Positions 51,920-64,000 of a DNA stretch of 64,000 bases are shown piece by piece. Location of the stretch: contig NIVC01000572.1 of assembly GCA_002269645.1 (NCBI GenBank), positions 310,001-374,000 of the forward strand. Direction: 5' to 3'. The stretch is from Macrostomum lignano. Taxonomy: Eukaryota. How positions within the stretch are numbered: position 1 is the stretch's first letter; each line of letters begins with the position of its first letter. The notes beneath the pieces were generated by a model. That model saw only the letters and a program-made list of their open reading frames with translations, ran no database searches and was not told where the DNA came from. A program made the translations under genes and the position numbers.

Positions 51920-54900
51920 CACAATGTCAAACATTAAAGAGCCACCATGTCAAACATTAAAGAGCCACCATGTCGACCATTAAAGAGCCACCATGTCGAC
52001 CATTAAAGAGCCACCATGTCGAACATTAAAGAGCTACCATGTCGAACATTAAAGAGCCACCATGTCGACCATTAAAGAGCCACCATGTCGAACATTAAAG
52101 AGCCACCATGTCCAACATACACATGACTCCATGTTGAACATTCAAGAGCTACCATGTCAAACATATACATGACGCCATGTCGAACATAAAAGAGCCACCA
52201 TGTCGAACATTAAAAAGCCACCATGTCAAACATTAAAGAGCCACCATTTCAACCCTAAAAGAGCCACCATGTCGAACATTAAAGAGCAACCAGGTCAAAC
52301 ATATACATGACTCCATGTCGAACATTGAAGAGCCACCATGTCGAACATTAAAGGGCCACCATGTCAAATATTAAAGGGCCACCATGTCAAATATTAAAGA
52401 GCCACCATGTCAAACATTAAAGAGCCACCAGGTCAAACATGAAAGTGCCACCATGTCTAACATTAAAGAGCCACCATGGCAGACATATACATGACTCTAT
52501 GTCGAACATTCAAGAGCTACCATGTCAAACATATACATGACTCCATGTCAAACATTAAAGAGACACTATGTCAAACATTAAAGAGCCACCAGGTCAAACA
52601 TGAAAGTGCCACCATGTAACACATTAAAGAGCCACCATGTCGAACATTTAAGAACCACCATGTCAAACATAAAATAGCCACCATGTGAAACATATACGTG
52701 ACTTCATGTAAAACATTAAAGAGCTACCATATCAGACATATACATGACTCCATGTCAAACATATACGTGACTCCATGTTAGACATTAAAGAGCCACCATG
52801 TCGAACATTAAAGAGCCAACATGTTAAAAATACAAGAGCCACCATGTCAAACATATACATGACTCCATGTCAAACATTGAAGAGACACCATGTCGAACAT
52901 AAAAGAGCCACCATGCAAAACATTAAAGAGACACTATGTCTAACATTAAAGAGCCACCATGTCGAACATTTAAGAGCCACCATGTCAAACATATACATGA
53001 CTCCATGTTGAACATTCAAGAGCTACCATGTCAAACATATACATGACTCCATGTTGAACATTCAAGAGCTACCATGTCAAACATATACATGACGCCATGT
53101 CGAACATAAAAGAGCCACCATGTAAAACATATACGTGACTCCATGTCAAACATTGAAGAGCCACCATATCGAACATAAAAGGGCCACCATGTCAAATATT
53201 AAAGAGCCACCATGTCAAACATTAAAGAGCCACCAGGTCAAACATGAAAGTGCCACCATGTCTAACATTAAAGAGCCACCATGGCAGACATATACATGAC
53301 TCTATGTCGAACATTCAAGAGCTACCATGTCAAACATATACATGACTCCATGTCAAACATTAAAGAGACACTATGTCAAACATTAAAGAGCCACCAGGTC
53401 AAACATGAAAGTGCCACCATGTAACACATTAAAGAGCCACCATGTCGAACATTTAAGAACCACCATGTCAAACATAAAATAGCCACCATGTCAAACATAT
53501 ACATGACTCCATGTCAAACATTGAAGAGACACCATGTCGAACATAAAAGAGCCACCATGCAAAACATTAAAGAGACACTATGTCTAACATTAAAGAGCCA
53601 CCATGCCGAACATTTAAGAGCCACCATGTCAAACATATACATGACGCCATGTCGAACATAAAAGAGCCACCATGTAAAACATATACGTGACTCCATGTCA
53701 AACATTGAAGAGCCACCATATCGAACATAAAAGGGCCACCATGTCAAATATTAAAGAGCCACCATGTCAAACATTAAAGAGCCACCAGGTCAAACATAAA
53801 ATACCCAACATGTGAAACATATACGTGACTCCATGTAAAACATTAAAGAGCTACCATATCAGGCATATGCATGACTCCATGTCAAACATATACGTGACTC
53901 CATGTTAGACAATTAAGAGCCACCATTTCGAAAATTAAAGAGTCAACATGTTAAAAATACAAGAGCATCCATGTCAAACATATACATGACGCCATGTCAA
54001 ACATTGAAGAGACACCATGTCGAACATAAAAGAGCCACCATGCAAAACATAAAAGAGCCACCATGTCTAACATTAAAGAGCCACCATGTCAAACATATAC
54101 ATGACTCCATGTCAAACAGTAAAGAGACACTATGTCAAACATTAAAGAGCCACCATGTCGAACATTTAAGAGCCACCATGTCAAACATATACATGACTCC
54201 ATGTTGAACATTCAAGAACTACCATGTCAAACATATACATGACGCCATGTCGAACATTAAAGAGCCACCATGTCAAACATTATAGAGCCACTATGTCGAA
54301 CATTTAAGAGCCACCATGTCAAACATATACATGACTCCATGTTGAACATTAAAGAGCCACCATGTCGAACATTTAAGAGCTACCATGTGAAACATGTACA
54401 TGACTCCATGTCGAACATTACAGAGCCACCATGTCAAAGATAAAAGAGCCACCATGTCAAACATAAAAGAGCCACCATGTCAAATATTAAAGAGCCACCA
54501 GGTCAAACATGAAAGTGCCACCATGTAAAACATTAAAGAGCCACCATGTCAAACATATACGTAACTCCATGTCAAACATTGAAGAGACCCCATGTCAAAC
54601 ATTAAAGAGCCACCATGTCCAACATAAAAGAGTCACCATGTAAAACATATACGTAACTCCATGTCGAACATTGAAGCGACACCATGTCGAACATAAAAGA
54701 GCCACCATGTCGAACATAAAAGAGCTACCATGTCAAACATTAAAGAGCCACCATGTCAAACATATAAGTGACTTTATGTCGAACATTAAAGAGCCACCAT
54801 GTCTAACATTAAAAAGCCACCATGTCCAACATTAAAGAGCCACCATGTCAAAAAGTAAAGAGCCACCATGTCTAACATTTAAGAGCCATCATGTCAAACA

Positions 54901-55325
54901 TTAAAGAGCTACTTTGTCTAACATTAAAGAGCCACCATGTCAAACATTAAAGAGCCACCATGTCAAACATTAAAGAGCCACCATGTCAAACATAAAAGAG
55001 CCAACTTTTTGAACATTAAAGAGCCACCATGTCAAACATAATAGAGCCACCATGTCAAACATAATAGAGCCACCATGTCAAACATTAAAAAGCCACTTTG
55101 TAAAACATAGAAGAGCTCCCATGTCAAACATAGAAGAGCCCCCATGTCAAACATAGAAGAGCCCCCATGTCAAACATAGAAGAGCCACCATGTCAGACAT
55201 TGAAAAGCCACCGTATCAAACATAAAAGAGTTACCATGTACGAGCGTAGAACAAAAAAGAGCCACAATGTATAACATAAAAGAGCCACAATGTAGAACAT
55301 AAAAGAGCCACCCTGTTAAACATAA
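51920..55325. repeat. 3.4 kb satellite of 23-bp monomers (AGAGCCACCATGTCAAACATTAA / CATGACTCCATGTCAAACATATA variants) with higher-order duplications
   Basis: Monomer spacing is 23 nt. The rare variant block GAAAGTGCCACCATGTCTAAC...GGCAGACATATAC recurs at 52441 and 53246 (805 bp = 35 monomers). Confidence 0.97.
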
Positions 55326-55429
55326 AAGATACACAATTTCAAACGTAAAAGTAAGCGAATTTTAAAGGAGCCGCTATAATGCTAAGGAAATTGTCGCACT
55401 AGCTACTTATTGTCTGGTGGATGCTTACT

Positions 55430-55880
55430 ATTTGGGGATGCTATCTATCTTGGGGATGCTTGCTATCTTGGGGATGCTTGCTATCTGGGGGATGCTTGCT
55501 ATCTGGGGATGCTTGCTATCTGGGGATGCTTGCTATCTGGGGGATGCTTGCTATCTGAGGGATGCTTGCTATCTGGGGGATGCTTGCTATCTGGGGGATG
55601 CTTGCTATCTGAGGGATGCTTGCTATCTGGGGGATGCTTGCTCTCTGGGGGATGCTTGCTATCCGGGGGATGCTTGCTATCTGGGGGATGCTTGAAATCT
55701 GGGGATGCTTGCTATCTGAGGGATGCTTGCTATCTGGGGGATGCTTGCTATCTGGGGGACGCTTGCTATCTGGGGGATGCTTGCTATCTTGGGGATGCCT
55801 GCTATCTGGGGATGCTTGCTATCTTGGGGATGCTTGCTATCTGGGGGATGCTTGCTATCTGGGGGATGCTTGCGGTCTTG
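55430..55880. repeat. 19-20-bp minisatellite (GGGATGCTTGCTATCTGGG)
   Basis: Directly visible. Confidence 0.95.
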
Positions 55881-56039
55881 GGATGATTTCTTTTTGCAAT
55901 GCACTTCATTTGAGCAGTTTGTCTGTTGTCTTTTTGAAGGATTTTTGGCTGTTTTTTTGTTACTTGTAGAGAACAGAGATTCTATCCAGATATATAATAT
56001 ATAAAAATATTACTGAATTAGTACTTAACCAAGGTGCTA

Positions 56040-56268
56040 AAGCTACGCTAAGGCTACGCTAACGCTACGCTAAGGCTACGCTAACGCTACGCTAACGCTA
56101 CGCTAACGCTACGCTAACGCTACGCTAACGCTACGCTAACGCTACGCTAACGCTACGCTAACGCTACGCTAACGCTACGCTAACGCTACGCTAACGCTAC
56201 GCTAACGCTACGCTAACGCTACGCTTACGCTACGCTAACGCTATGCTAACGCTACACAAACGCTACGC
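56040..56268. repeat. 11-bp minisatellite (CTACGCTAACG)
   Basis: Directly visible, about 20 copies. Confidence 0.95.
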
Positions 56269-57340
56269 TCGTGGAACTCGTGTACTATCTGTCGAAAGAA
56301 ATTATAAAAACAACGGAAAAGATCATGGTTTATTTTCGTTTCTCAAATTCAAATTCACATCCTAATGAGAGATAAAGTTTTTCAAAGCATTTGATTTACT
56401 GCGAGTCTGGCTATGTGATAATAAGTTTATACCGAAACTAACAATAATATAATATTGTTAAAAAAACTGCAAACGAAAACAAGAAGTTATAGTTTTAAAA
56501 ATTAAAAGGCGATCGCTACGCTAACGGAAAAAGCATGAAGATGCAAAGATAAAACAATAATTTTCTTTCGAGTATTGAATACGAGTAGCTCCGATTAGCT
56601 CGTAGAGCTTAGGAAATATTTAAAATAATGAAGAGAAAAACAAGCTGAAAGCAGAAGCTGTTTAAATGGTTTTGATTAAAGCTATTGGCACATATTCAAA
56701 TAAAACGCGTTTTTGACACATTGTATGGGTTGATAAAATGTACATGTACTTTTATTAATAGAGTACTACACTCTATTCAACACAACACTGTTTAATGCAA
56801 AAGATACATGTAGGGACAAAAAACGAATCTGGACCTTCTAAATCCTACAATGCTTCGAACCCATTCATAATGCTCATATGGCAAATTCAGTTTTCAGACC
56901 AAGAGCTTATGTCTTTGAAGACTAATGACACGGGAATTCCACTTTTTGTAATATCTTTCTCATACTTGCTTTACTTTCCTATGGGAAATTGTAACAGAAA
57001 TGAGGGCAATTTTAAGGACCATTTCAAAAAGATGTGTAAAACACGTGTTAGAAAGAGTAGCTAGCTAATTCGAAGGAATCAGCTGGTATAACTTGTAGCG
57101 AATGTGGCAGTCAACATTTAAAAATTTAATGAAGAACAGCCAAGTCAAAAGTAAAGAAACTATAACGCAATATAACAATATCAGCAACAAGTCTGCGATT
57201 TTTAGAGTGAGATTAAAAAACGGACGGAACCAAAATTAGCACCCAACAAGATTCACTAAGCTAGTAAAAACGTTCCATAAAAAAACTAAAGCGTCCTTTA
57301 AACTCGTAACCTTGCAGTTTATATTGTCTGCGTTCTATCG

Positions 57341-60300
57341 CTAGTAGGTAACATCATAATTTTCATGAAATTTGCGCGCTTTCGGGCAAAGCGTCACCAA
57401 CGAATTGTGAACCTGCTGCAGCTGCTTGATGATGCTGATCTTAACTGTTGCAGTGCTCTCAGAATAGATGTTCATGCCTCGAAGAAAGTCATTTCGCTTT
57501 ACTAGGTTATTTCTCGAGAGATTGTCTAAAGTGCATGGATCTTCCCGTGTCTCCTGTTTGCTTTGTTCAGCTGTTCCAGTACTGCCCTGTTTGTGCCTTG
57601 CCATACGGCAACTGACCAAGTGACGGTCGAACAGCTTCATCAGATATCGAGCGTAGCATCGAACTTCAGTGTCAGAGGGCGGACTATCTTCGGGAAACTC
57701 TCGATCCCACATCATCACAGCGATAGCTTTGAGGCTCCGATTTCGCTTCTCCTCCCATTCGGTTAATGGATCTAGTAAAAAAACGAATACGTTGGTAAAT
57801 TTACTTGCACATTCGTAAAATATAGCAACAGGTTAAAAAAGCACTATACTTGGGATATGTATACTCAGTTAGTCAATTTTGAGTAGTTTTAACAATACAA
57901 CATTTTCATTGCATTCTCTCTACTTAAAATTGGAAGGTACAAGTAACCTAGCGTCATTAATCATTGTATCTATAAGGAAAAGCGATGAAATAAAGACCAG
58001 CGCTTTCGATGGAAAATCTAAAAATACGAAAGGCTCAGACCAAGTTTTAACACAGGGCCCATACATAAATTATACATACTAAAAAGCATGGGTTTGCTCA
58101 CTAGCAAGCAAAGTAAATATAATTTTCAAGCACAACAAAGGTGAAAAAACCTACCAGTCAGTGCTTCAGTGAGAAGGTTTGAAGCACCCAAAGGAGAGGA
58201 ACCAAAGTCTTGCAAGTAAAATAACGGCCTGTCTTTGTACAACGCAGTCTAAAATAGCGTAAAATCAGCAAATTAACTGAATGCACAAATGCGTGATTAA
58301 ATAGCATGTAAAATATTACAGCACACATGAATTTAGTCCACAATTAATGTGAAAAAATAAGTAAAACACATTTTTAGTATATGAAGAAGATATCTACGAA
58401 CCTTAAACTTTTGACTCAACTCATTCCATGACTCGAGATCTACAGAGAATGAAGCACCATCGCGGTAGTTATTGGAAACTCGGTTTAGAAATTTTTGAAA
58501 GAACTGCACAATCTCTAAGCCTTTCCAAAGCCAAGGACTGGGTGATACGCCTTTCACTACCAAGCGCTTTTCCACGCTTAAACACTTCTTAAGACAGAGA
58601 AGGCACTGCGTCTGTTGATCGTCTAGCTGAGCGTGATATCGATACATATAGGCAAGAATTAAGTAGCAAAAAGCTGTTTTCACGTCGTTCGGACACAGTA
58701 GCTCGAGTATTCTGGCAGCCTGCCGAAACTTAAGAATGGCGCCACTTAAAGTGCCGTAGGGTGATTTAGTTGGGTCTCTAAATGCTTGAATAAATAGTTC
58801 AATACCCACGTGCATGTGAATGAGAGCATAGAGCTCCGTATCAACCAGCTCCGCTCTTTGACACAAATCATACGCTTGTTGAAGAATTTTCAGCTTGCCA
58901 ACGTAATGCGCAACGGTTAAAACAACATCTAAATTGCATTTATCAGCGGGCTTTTCTTCAGTCTTATTAAACTCATAAGGTAGCACTTCCAGCAGATCCA
59001 AAAGTCCATGGAAATTAACCTGAGCTTTATGCAAGCATAACATCAAGTCCGTAGCGGTCGAATCGACAGTACCAATGCTTCGCCCGACGTCTTTTGAATG
59101 CTTATCGACGTCTTTCAGCAACAAAGTCACAGAATGAATAAGTTTATAATTAATTTCGTAAATACTGTCCACGGAGAACATTCTATCCAGCTGGTAATAA
59201 GCGTTGGATAAATGTTCTTCTAGAAACACGAAAGCAATCCAATCAAGACCTTGTATGCTGGTTTCGTTTTTCTGGACAATTTCACTAACCAGATTTAAGG
59301 ACTCGAAAGCCTCGAGCCAGGAGTTTTTCTGCGAAGCCAAGAAGCTCGTTACAACAGAACAAGCTCCTAAAAGATACGAAACAATCATTTTTCCGATCTG
59401 TTCTGACCATGAGTCCCTAAAGTCAGTTTTAACAAATGACGAAGCGTTCTTCTTCTGATGCTCCTCTGAGGCTTGCAGAATAAAAATAATGCCTTCGTTC
59501 ACCAACCAAAGTGCAACTAGGAAGACCAACATTTTGTGATCTTTGGGGAACCTCAACTCGAAGTCCTCATATGTAATTCTGGCTAAACGACAGACATCCA
59601 GCTTTATACCGAATCCAATATCCAGTAGGTGTGCAGTAGGGGGCGACCCAGTCCCGGGCCCGGGCCCGAAAAGTCGGGAATCCCGACCAAAATCGTGGCC
59701 CGACCCGGGCCCGGGCCCGACCCTAAAAAAGTCGGGAAATCGGGACAAGTCTTTTTTCCCTAAAGGCACTAACCGCGTGCGAAAGAATAAAATTATTTTT
59801 CAACATATTCACACTAATTTACGTTTAATTCCAGCCCCAGGAAAATGCAACTGCAACTGCAACTGTCTGTGACCGTGAGTGTCAGCCACAGCAGTTTCCA
59901 CTTTCCAGGAAGATCGGATTTTTTCCAGGAAGATAAAATTAAAACAGTTTTGCAATACTTTTTTGCAATATTGATTCCACTTTACACGCTGCAGGCTGCA
60001 GCCTAAAAGCAAAAATATGATTCTTTAAAAAGTTGATTTGTCATTTTTAAGCTTTTGTAAATAACATTTCCTATTTACATTCCAAGAAGTACCTATTAAG
60101 GGCCAAGGCAACCATTTTTCCAAGAAGTTTGCTATCTATCAGTATCAGAGTTTGTAATCGTGTTCATATTTGTATCGTATTCGTAGGTAGTCGTAGTCGT
60201 AGACTCATAGTATCGTATTCGTAATCATATTCGTTTAGGTGGGTAGGTGAGCAGGTAGGCAGGTATCAGCTAATTACTTGTATTTCCATTGTCTGTTTGC

Positions 60301-63017
60301 CTGTTCTGTTGAGACAGTTGAGTGTTGTGTTGTGTTGTCACTTCATTTGTGTTCTGCTCTGTTGTCTTGTCTTGTTGTCTTACTGAATACTGACTGTGTA
60401 CATGGCTCTTTACATTGAAGCTATGTAAAGGAACTAAAAATTCAAATAAAAGAATCAATCAATTGATTTGGTTCTTACTTCCTTACTGCTTCCAATGCCA
60501 AGTGCCTTACACTTAATGCTTCAGCTTTTCTTCTTTTTGATTACTGCCACTGCCAGTGCCAGCCGCACTGCCGCAGTGCCTGCTTGCCTACCTCACTGCC
60601 TGTTAGTGTCATTGTCACTGGCACACACACAGTACTTGTGCCACACAGGGACATTGAATTTGAACTATTGAGTATATTGATATTTGAGTATTAAGTCTTT
60701 TAATGTAACTCTTATCTATTCTGAAGTCGTAACTAATGTATTAAATAATAATAATATTTATTATATTTATATATTATTATATATTTAATGTATTTATATA
60801 TTATAATATATTTGATGTTTATCATATATTTATTATACATTTAATATATTATATTAAATTTAAAAATTCATATATTTATTATATATTTAATAGTAATCCG
60901 CATATGCTAAAAGTATTAAGATTTATTATGATTTTTTTCCAATTATTGAGCTGTCCTAAAGATCTTGTCCCGAATTCCCGAGGCCCGACCCGGGCCCGAG
61001 TCCTCATTCCCGGGCCCGACCCGGGCCCGACTTTGGCCGTCCCGGTCGCCCCCTAGTGTGCAGCCTTCTCTTGTTGATGTTTTGCAGAAGACAAAGCTTG
61101 AGTATTCAAATAATGGCGAGTAATGCAGAGAATGCAAAACACCCTGACCGGAATGTCTTCGATGTCCTCATACTTGCGTACTAACTTCTTTAAATATGCA
61201 AGCGATTCTAGTCGGTAGCCATCCAAAAAGTCTTTCGAGTCTTTGATCGTACGTATTATAGTCATCCATGCTGAGCCATCGCTTGAATCAACAGAAGACT
61301 CGAGATTGCTTTTCGGTACCATATCAGCTTGGAGATTTGAAGCGCTGCGCACATTGGAGCTCTCATCAGCAGGCTGTGTTCGTACGCTCTTCTCTAAAAA
61401 TCTTCTTTTGATGGCTGAATTCTGAAGAATTTAAAGGAAAATGAAGTAGCATGTTACTAAGCAGGTGAATAAACATGAAGTAATGAAAATAACTATTAAA
61501 AGGTATGCAAAACTTACAGCTCTGTTGTACAACTCCTTGCATTTTGCAGAGCTAGTCGAGTCAGAACGCAAATTAGCACCAACGTGAAGAAACTGCAACA
61601 AATATGTTGCCGTCACTGTTCCCGACTCCAATGCACACTCCAAATGTACAGCTTTCTCAAAGTTCTGAAGAGCCTCTTCCGAAAACGCACCAGCACTATT
61701 GACGAGAACTACAGACAGCATTGTGACAGCTGAAGCAGTGAGAGGATCACTTGCGTAGTTACTTCTCAAAACAGACGCGCTTTTCTCTAAGCATGACTTA
61801 GATAATTCGTACTTCTTTTTCAAAAAATCTCGATTAAGAGCTTTACTGCTGCAATCAAGACCACTCTTCAACGGGCATGTGTCCTCAAAGTGGCTTACTC
61901 CTTCGACATAGTTGGCGTAAGCTGTGAAGTAGGAGACAAAATCAACGCTTTTGTCTTGCAAGCGATTCAGAAGCTGCTTTCCTAGCTTAACCAGCGCCAT
62001 ACACTTTTGCGGCAGACGCAACTCTAACAAACAAGCAGCCATGTTCAGAATGGAAGTGATGGACCACCCATTAGGAATAATGTCTGAATCGATTCGTCGA
62101 ATCAAGCTGGCCTTCTGAGGTCGCCGCTCGATTGCCCCGTCGGAATATTGGAATGCCTTTACGAGGAACTTGTGCTCGTAAATTGTCTTCCTTTTAGCAC
62201 AGTTAAACATCAGTCTGCTCATGGTTAACCTCAAAGAGTTTGCAAGACAAGGGTCGACTGCGACTGCCTTCTGACTGAAGTACTGAGTCGCCAACCAATG
62301 GGCAAATTGACAATAAGACAACCAATCTGGTTTTTCAGAAGTATCATCGTTCCAGAGTGCGATGTAGCATTTACCTGCAACGTAATGCGCAGTGACAAAT
62401 GTTATTGCGCTCTTGAAGCCCTGTTTATCATTGGCTTCCTCTGTTTCCGATTGTCTCTTTTGTCTTTCTTGCTGTTGATCAGTGGTTTTTGCCATGCTTG
62501 ATTGATTGTTCTTTGGTTGTATGTCGCTTTCGCTCTTTGTCTCGGTTTTTTGCTTTCTTTGCTCATATTCAAAGTGCTCAGAAGAAATTTTATCAAGGAA
62601 CTCACTGTACTGAGAGATCATAACCAATTTATGTTCGCTGGGTGTTTTTAGTTTTCGCTTATTAGCGGGTTGATCCACACTCTCTTGATTTTCGCCGTGT
62701 TTTTCTTTCTCTACTGCTCCAGACTTTGCTTCGTGACCACTGTTTTCCATCGCTGAGTAGAGTAATTTAAACGCGTCACCCAATAAACTCTCAAACTCTT
62801 TCAAAAAGCGCTCTGTTTGAGCATTATTTTGCCGAACTTGATACTCATTTATCAGCATTACAGTGGAAAGAGATTTCTCGAGGAGTCCAGCATCTTTTGA
62901 ATGATGAACGCGATTATACCTGTCTTTCCAGTACTGCAAGTTGAACGTATTCGCAAAATACTGAAGAAACGCAGCCTCTCCATCTTTAATCAATCCTTGA
63001 TTTAGTTCAGAAGCCAT
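57341..63017 (-). pseudogene. TPR-like array member G4, exon 2 interrupted by a transposon. Exons 63017-61518, 61421-61056 + 59628-58402, 58248-58155 and 57771-57341, ~1205 aa if the insertion is removed
   Basis: Phases 0, 0 and 1 as in G2/G3; exon 3 is 94 nt as in G3. No stops or frameshifts apart from the insertion (KAAH|LLDIGFG rejoins in frame). Confidence 0.75.
59637..61055. mobile_element. 1419-bp non-autonomous hAT-type element
   Basis: Perfect TIR TAGGGGGCGACC / GGTCGCCCCCTA. The 8-bp TSD GTGTGCAG is at 59629-59636 and 61056-61063. Repeated subterminal CGGGCCCG motifs occur at both ends; the interior is non-coding, AT-rich and contains simple repeats. Confidence 0.92.
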
Positions 63018-64000
63018 CAGCTTTGAAATAAGCTATGAAACCCCAAGTCGCCGATATAATTCTTGATCACGAATTGAACGTCACGAATTAAACGTGAACC
63101 CAGTCAGAGACTGGTTTCAGAAATTTTTAAATGGAAGTTTCATCGATAAACAAAATCTGAAAGGAATATAAAGAATAAGCCAGCTGTATGAAACATAATA
63201 AGCATCAAGCAGTATCATAGCCAGTAATCAAGTAATTTCCCGTTGCCTATCAAAAAACGCTAGGTATTTCATTTGTAGTGCATCGTTATTCATAAAATGC
63301 TACTGTAAGTAGACTAATGCAAACATGCGCAGCAAAACTTAGTGTGAATCAGGTTACTATTTGTAACGAAACTATGAAGCATGTTACTAATTATAATGGG
63401 AAGCTGTATCGTGTTACTATTTATAATGAAAAGAGGAATCATGTTACTATCTACAGTATATTGAAAAGAGTAAGCCCTTGTTGGAGTCTTTATAATTTTA
63501 CTATTGAGAGCCTTGTTATTGCTGGCAGTTACTGTTCAGTTGATTTTAGAGTTATTGAATTGGAGACTCCCTATTCCTAAGGGATTGGATAAAATCTACG
63601 GACCGATTCCGATACTCTTAGAGGATTATTGATTTGATTCATTTTGGTACCCTAGAGTAACCGATAGGAGCACACGATTCCGATTCCGCTATTTCTAGAA
63701 GACGACGCCCTTTCTGGAGGACCTCGTCATTGTTATAGAGTTAAATTTGTCATTAGGGCCCATCTCTGATATCTGCACTCGAGAAATATATCGAAGTCGA
63801 CGGGTTAAATTGTTATGTTCATTAAAGTGCTCTCATATTCAGCCGACTTCAGGATTCAAGAAGACTACTCCGGATCGGAGGAAGACTACAAGCTCTACAG
63901 ACCCGCCCAACAAAGAAGAGGAGCCTGCACCAGTAAGTGCTCACTGAATTTTGTTCTCATGCTTGAAGTCTGGAAGTGGGAGTTCGTGCGTTTAGACACT

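Noticed and set aside
57341-57480. Resemblance of IIKQLQQVH...C to lentiviral Vpr/Vpx helix 3
   Set aside because: Short amphipathic-helix similarity only; the rest of the domain does not align and it is a spliced host exon.
42106-63017. Prokaryote-like or SL operon of three separate genes (A, B, small) repeated three times
   Set aside because: B and the small ORFs start at GTG/TTG or internal Met right after splice acceptors. Donors and phases (0, 0, 1) join them into single genes in all three copies.
63747-63947. Possible first exon of a divergent plus-strand gene ending at CCA|GTAAGT (~63933)
   Set aside because: No reliable start or recognisable protein, and downstream exons lie outside the window.

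Overview
This is eukaryotic (animal) genomic DNA, not prokaryotic. It has GT-AG introns, very dense micro- and minisatellites and many transposon relics. The style resembles a repeat-rich free-living flatworm such as Macrostomum (inference only). The left ~39 kb contains two tandem GT32 (DXD) glycosyltransferases separated by a decayed RTE-type LINE, a Cys-rich single-pass membrane protein and an LC8-type dynein light chain. It also holds nested DNA-transposon remnants (P-like foldback MITE, Tc1 with an inserted MITE, hAT), two tandem divergent-loop cyclophilins, a CAP59/GT69-like glycosyltransferase (a family not typical of animals) and an MS4A-like four-TM gene. The right ~24 kb (39.4-63.0 kb, minus strand) is a tandem array of an unrecognised gene family. 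The ORF track shows it as repeating 'large-large-small' ORFs, but splice sites and phases join each set into one 4-exon gene of ~1100-1200 aa. Each gene has two internally duplicated helical/TPR-like domains plus a C-terminal Cys/His domain. There are two intact-looking copies, one copy interrupted by a 1.4 kb hAT-type element with a perfect 8-bp TSD, and one single-domain copy. A 3.4 kb 23-bp satellite with higher-order structure lies inside the array. All homology calls are from motif recognition; no searches were run.
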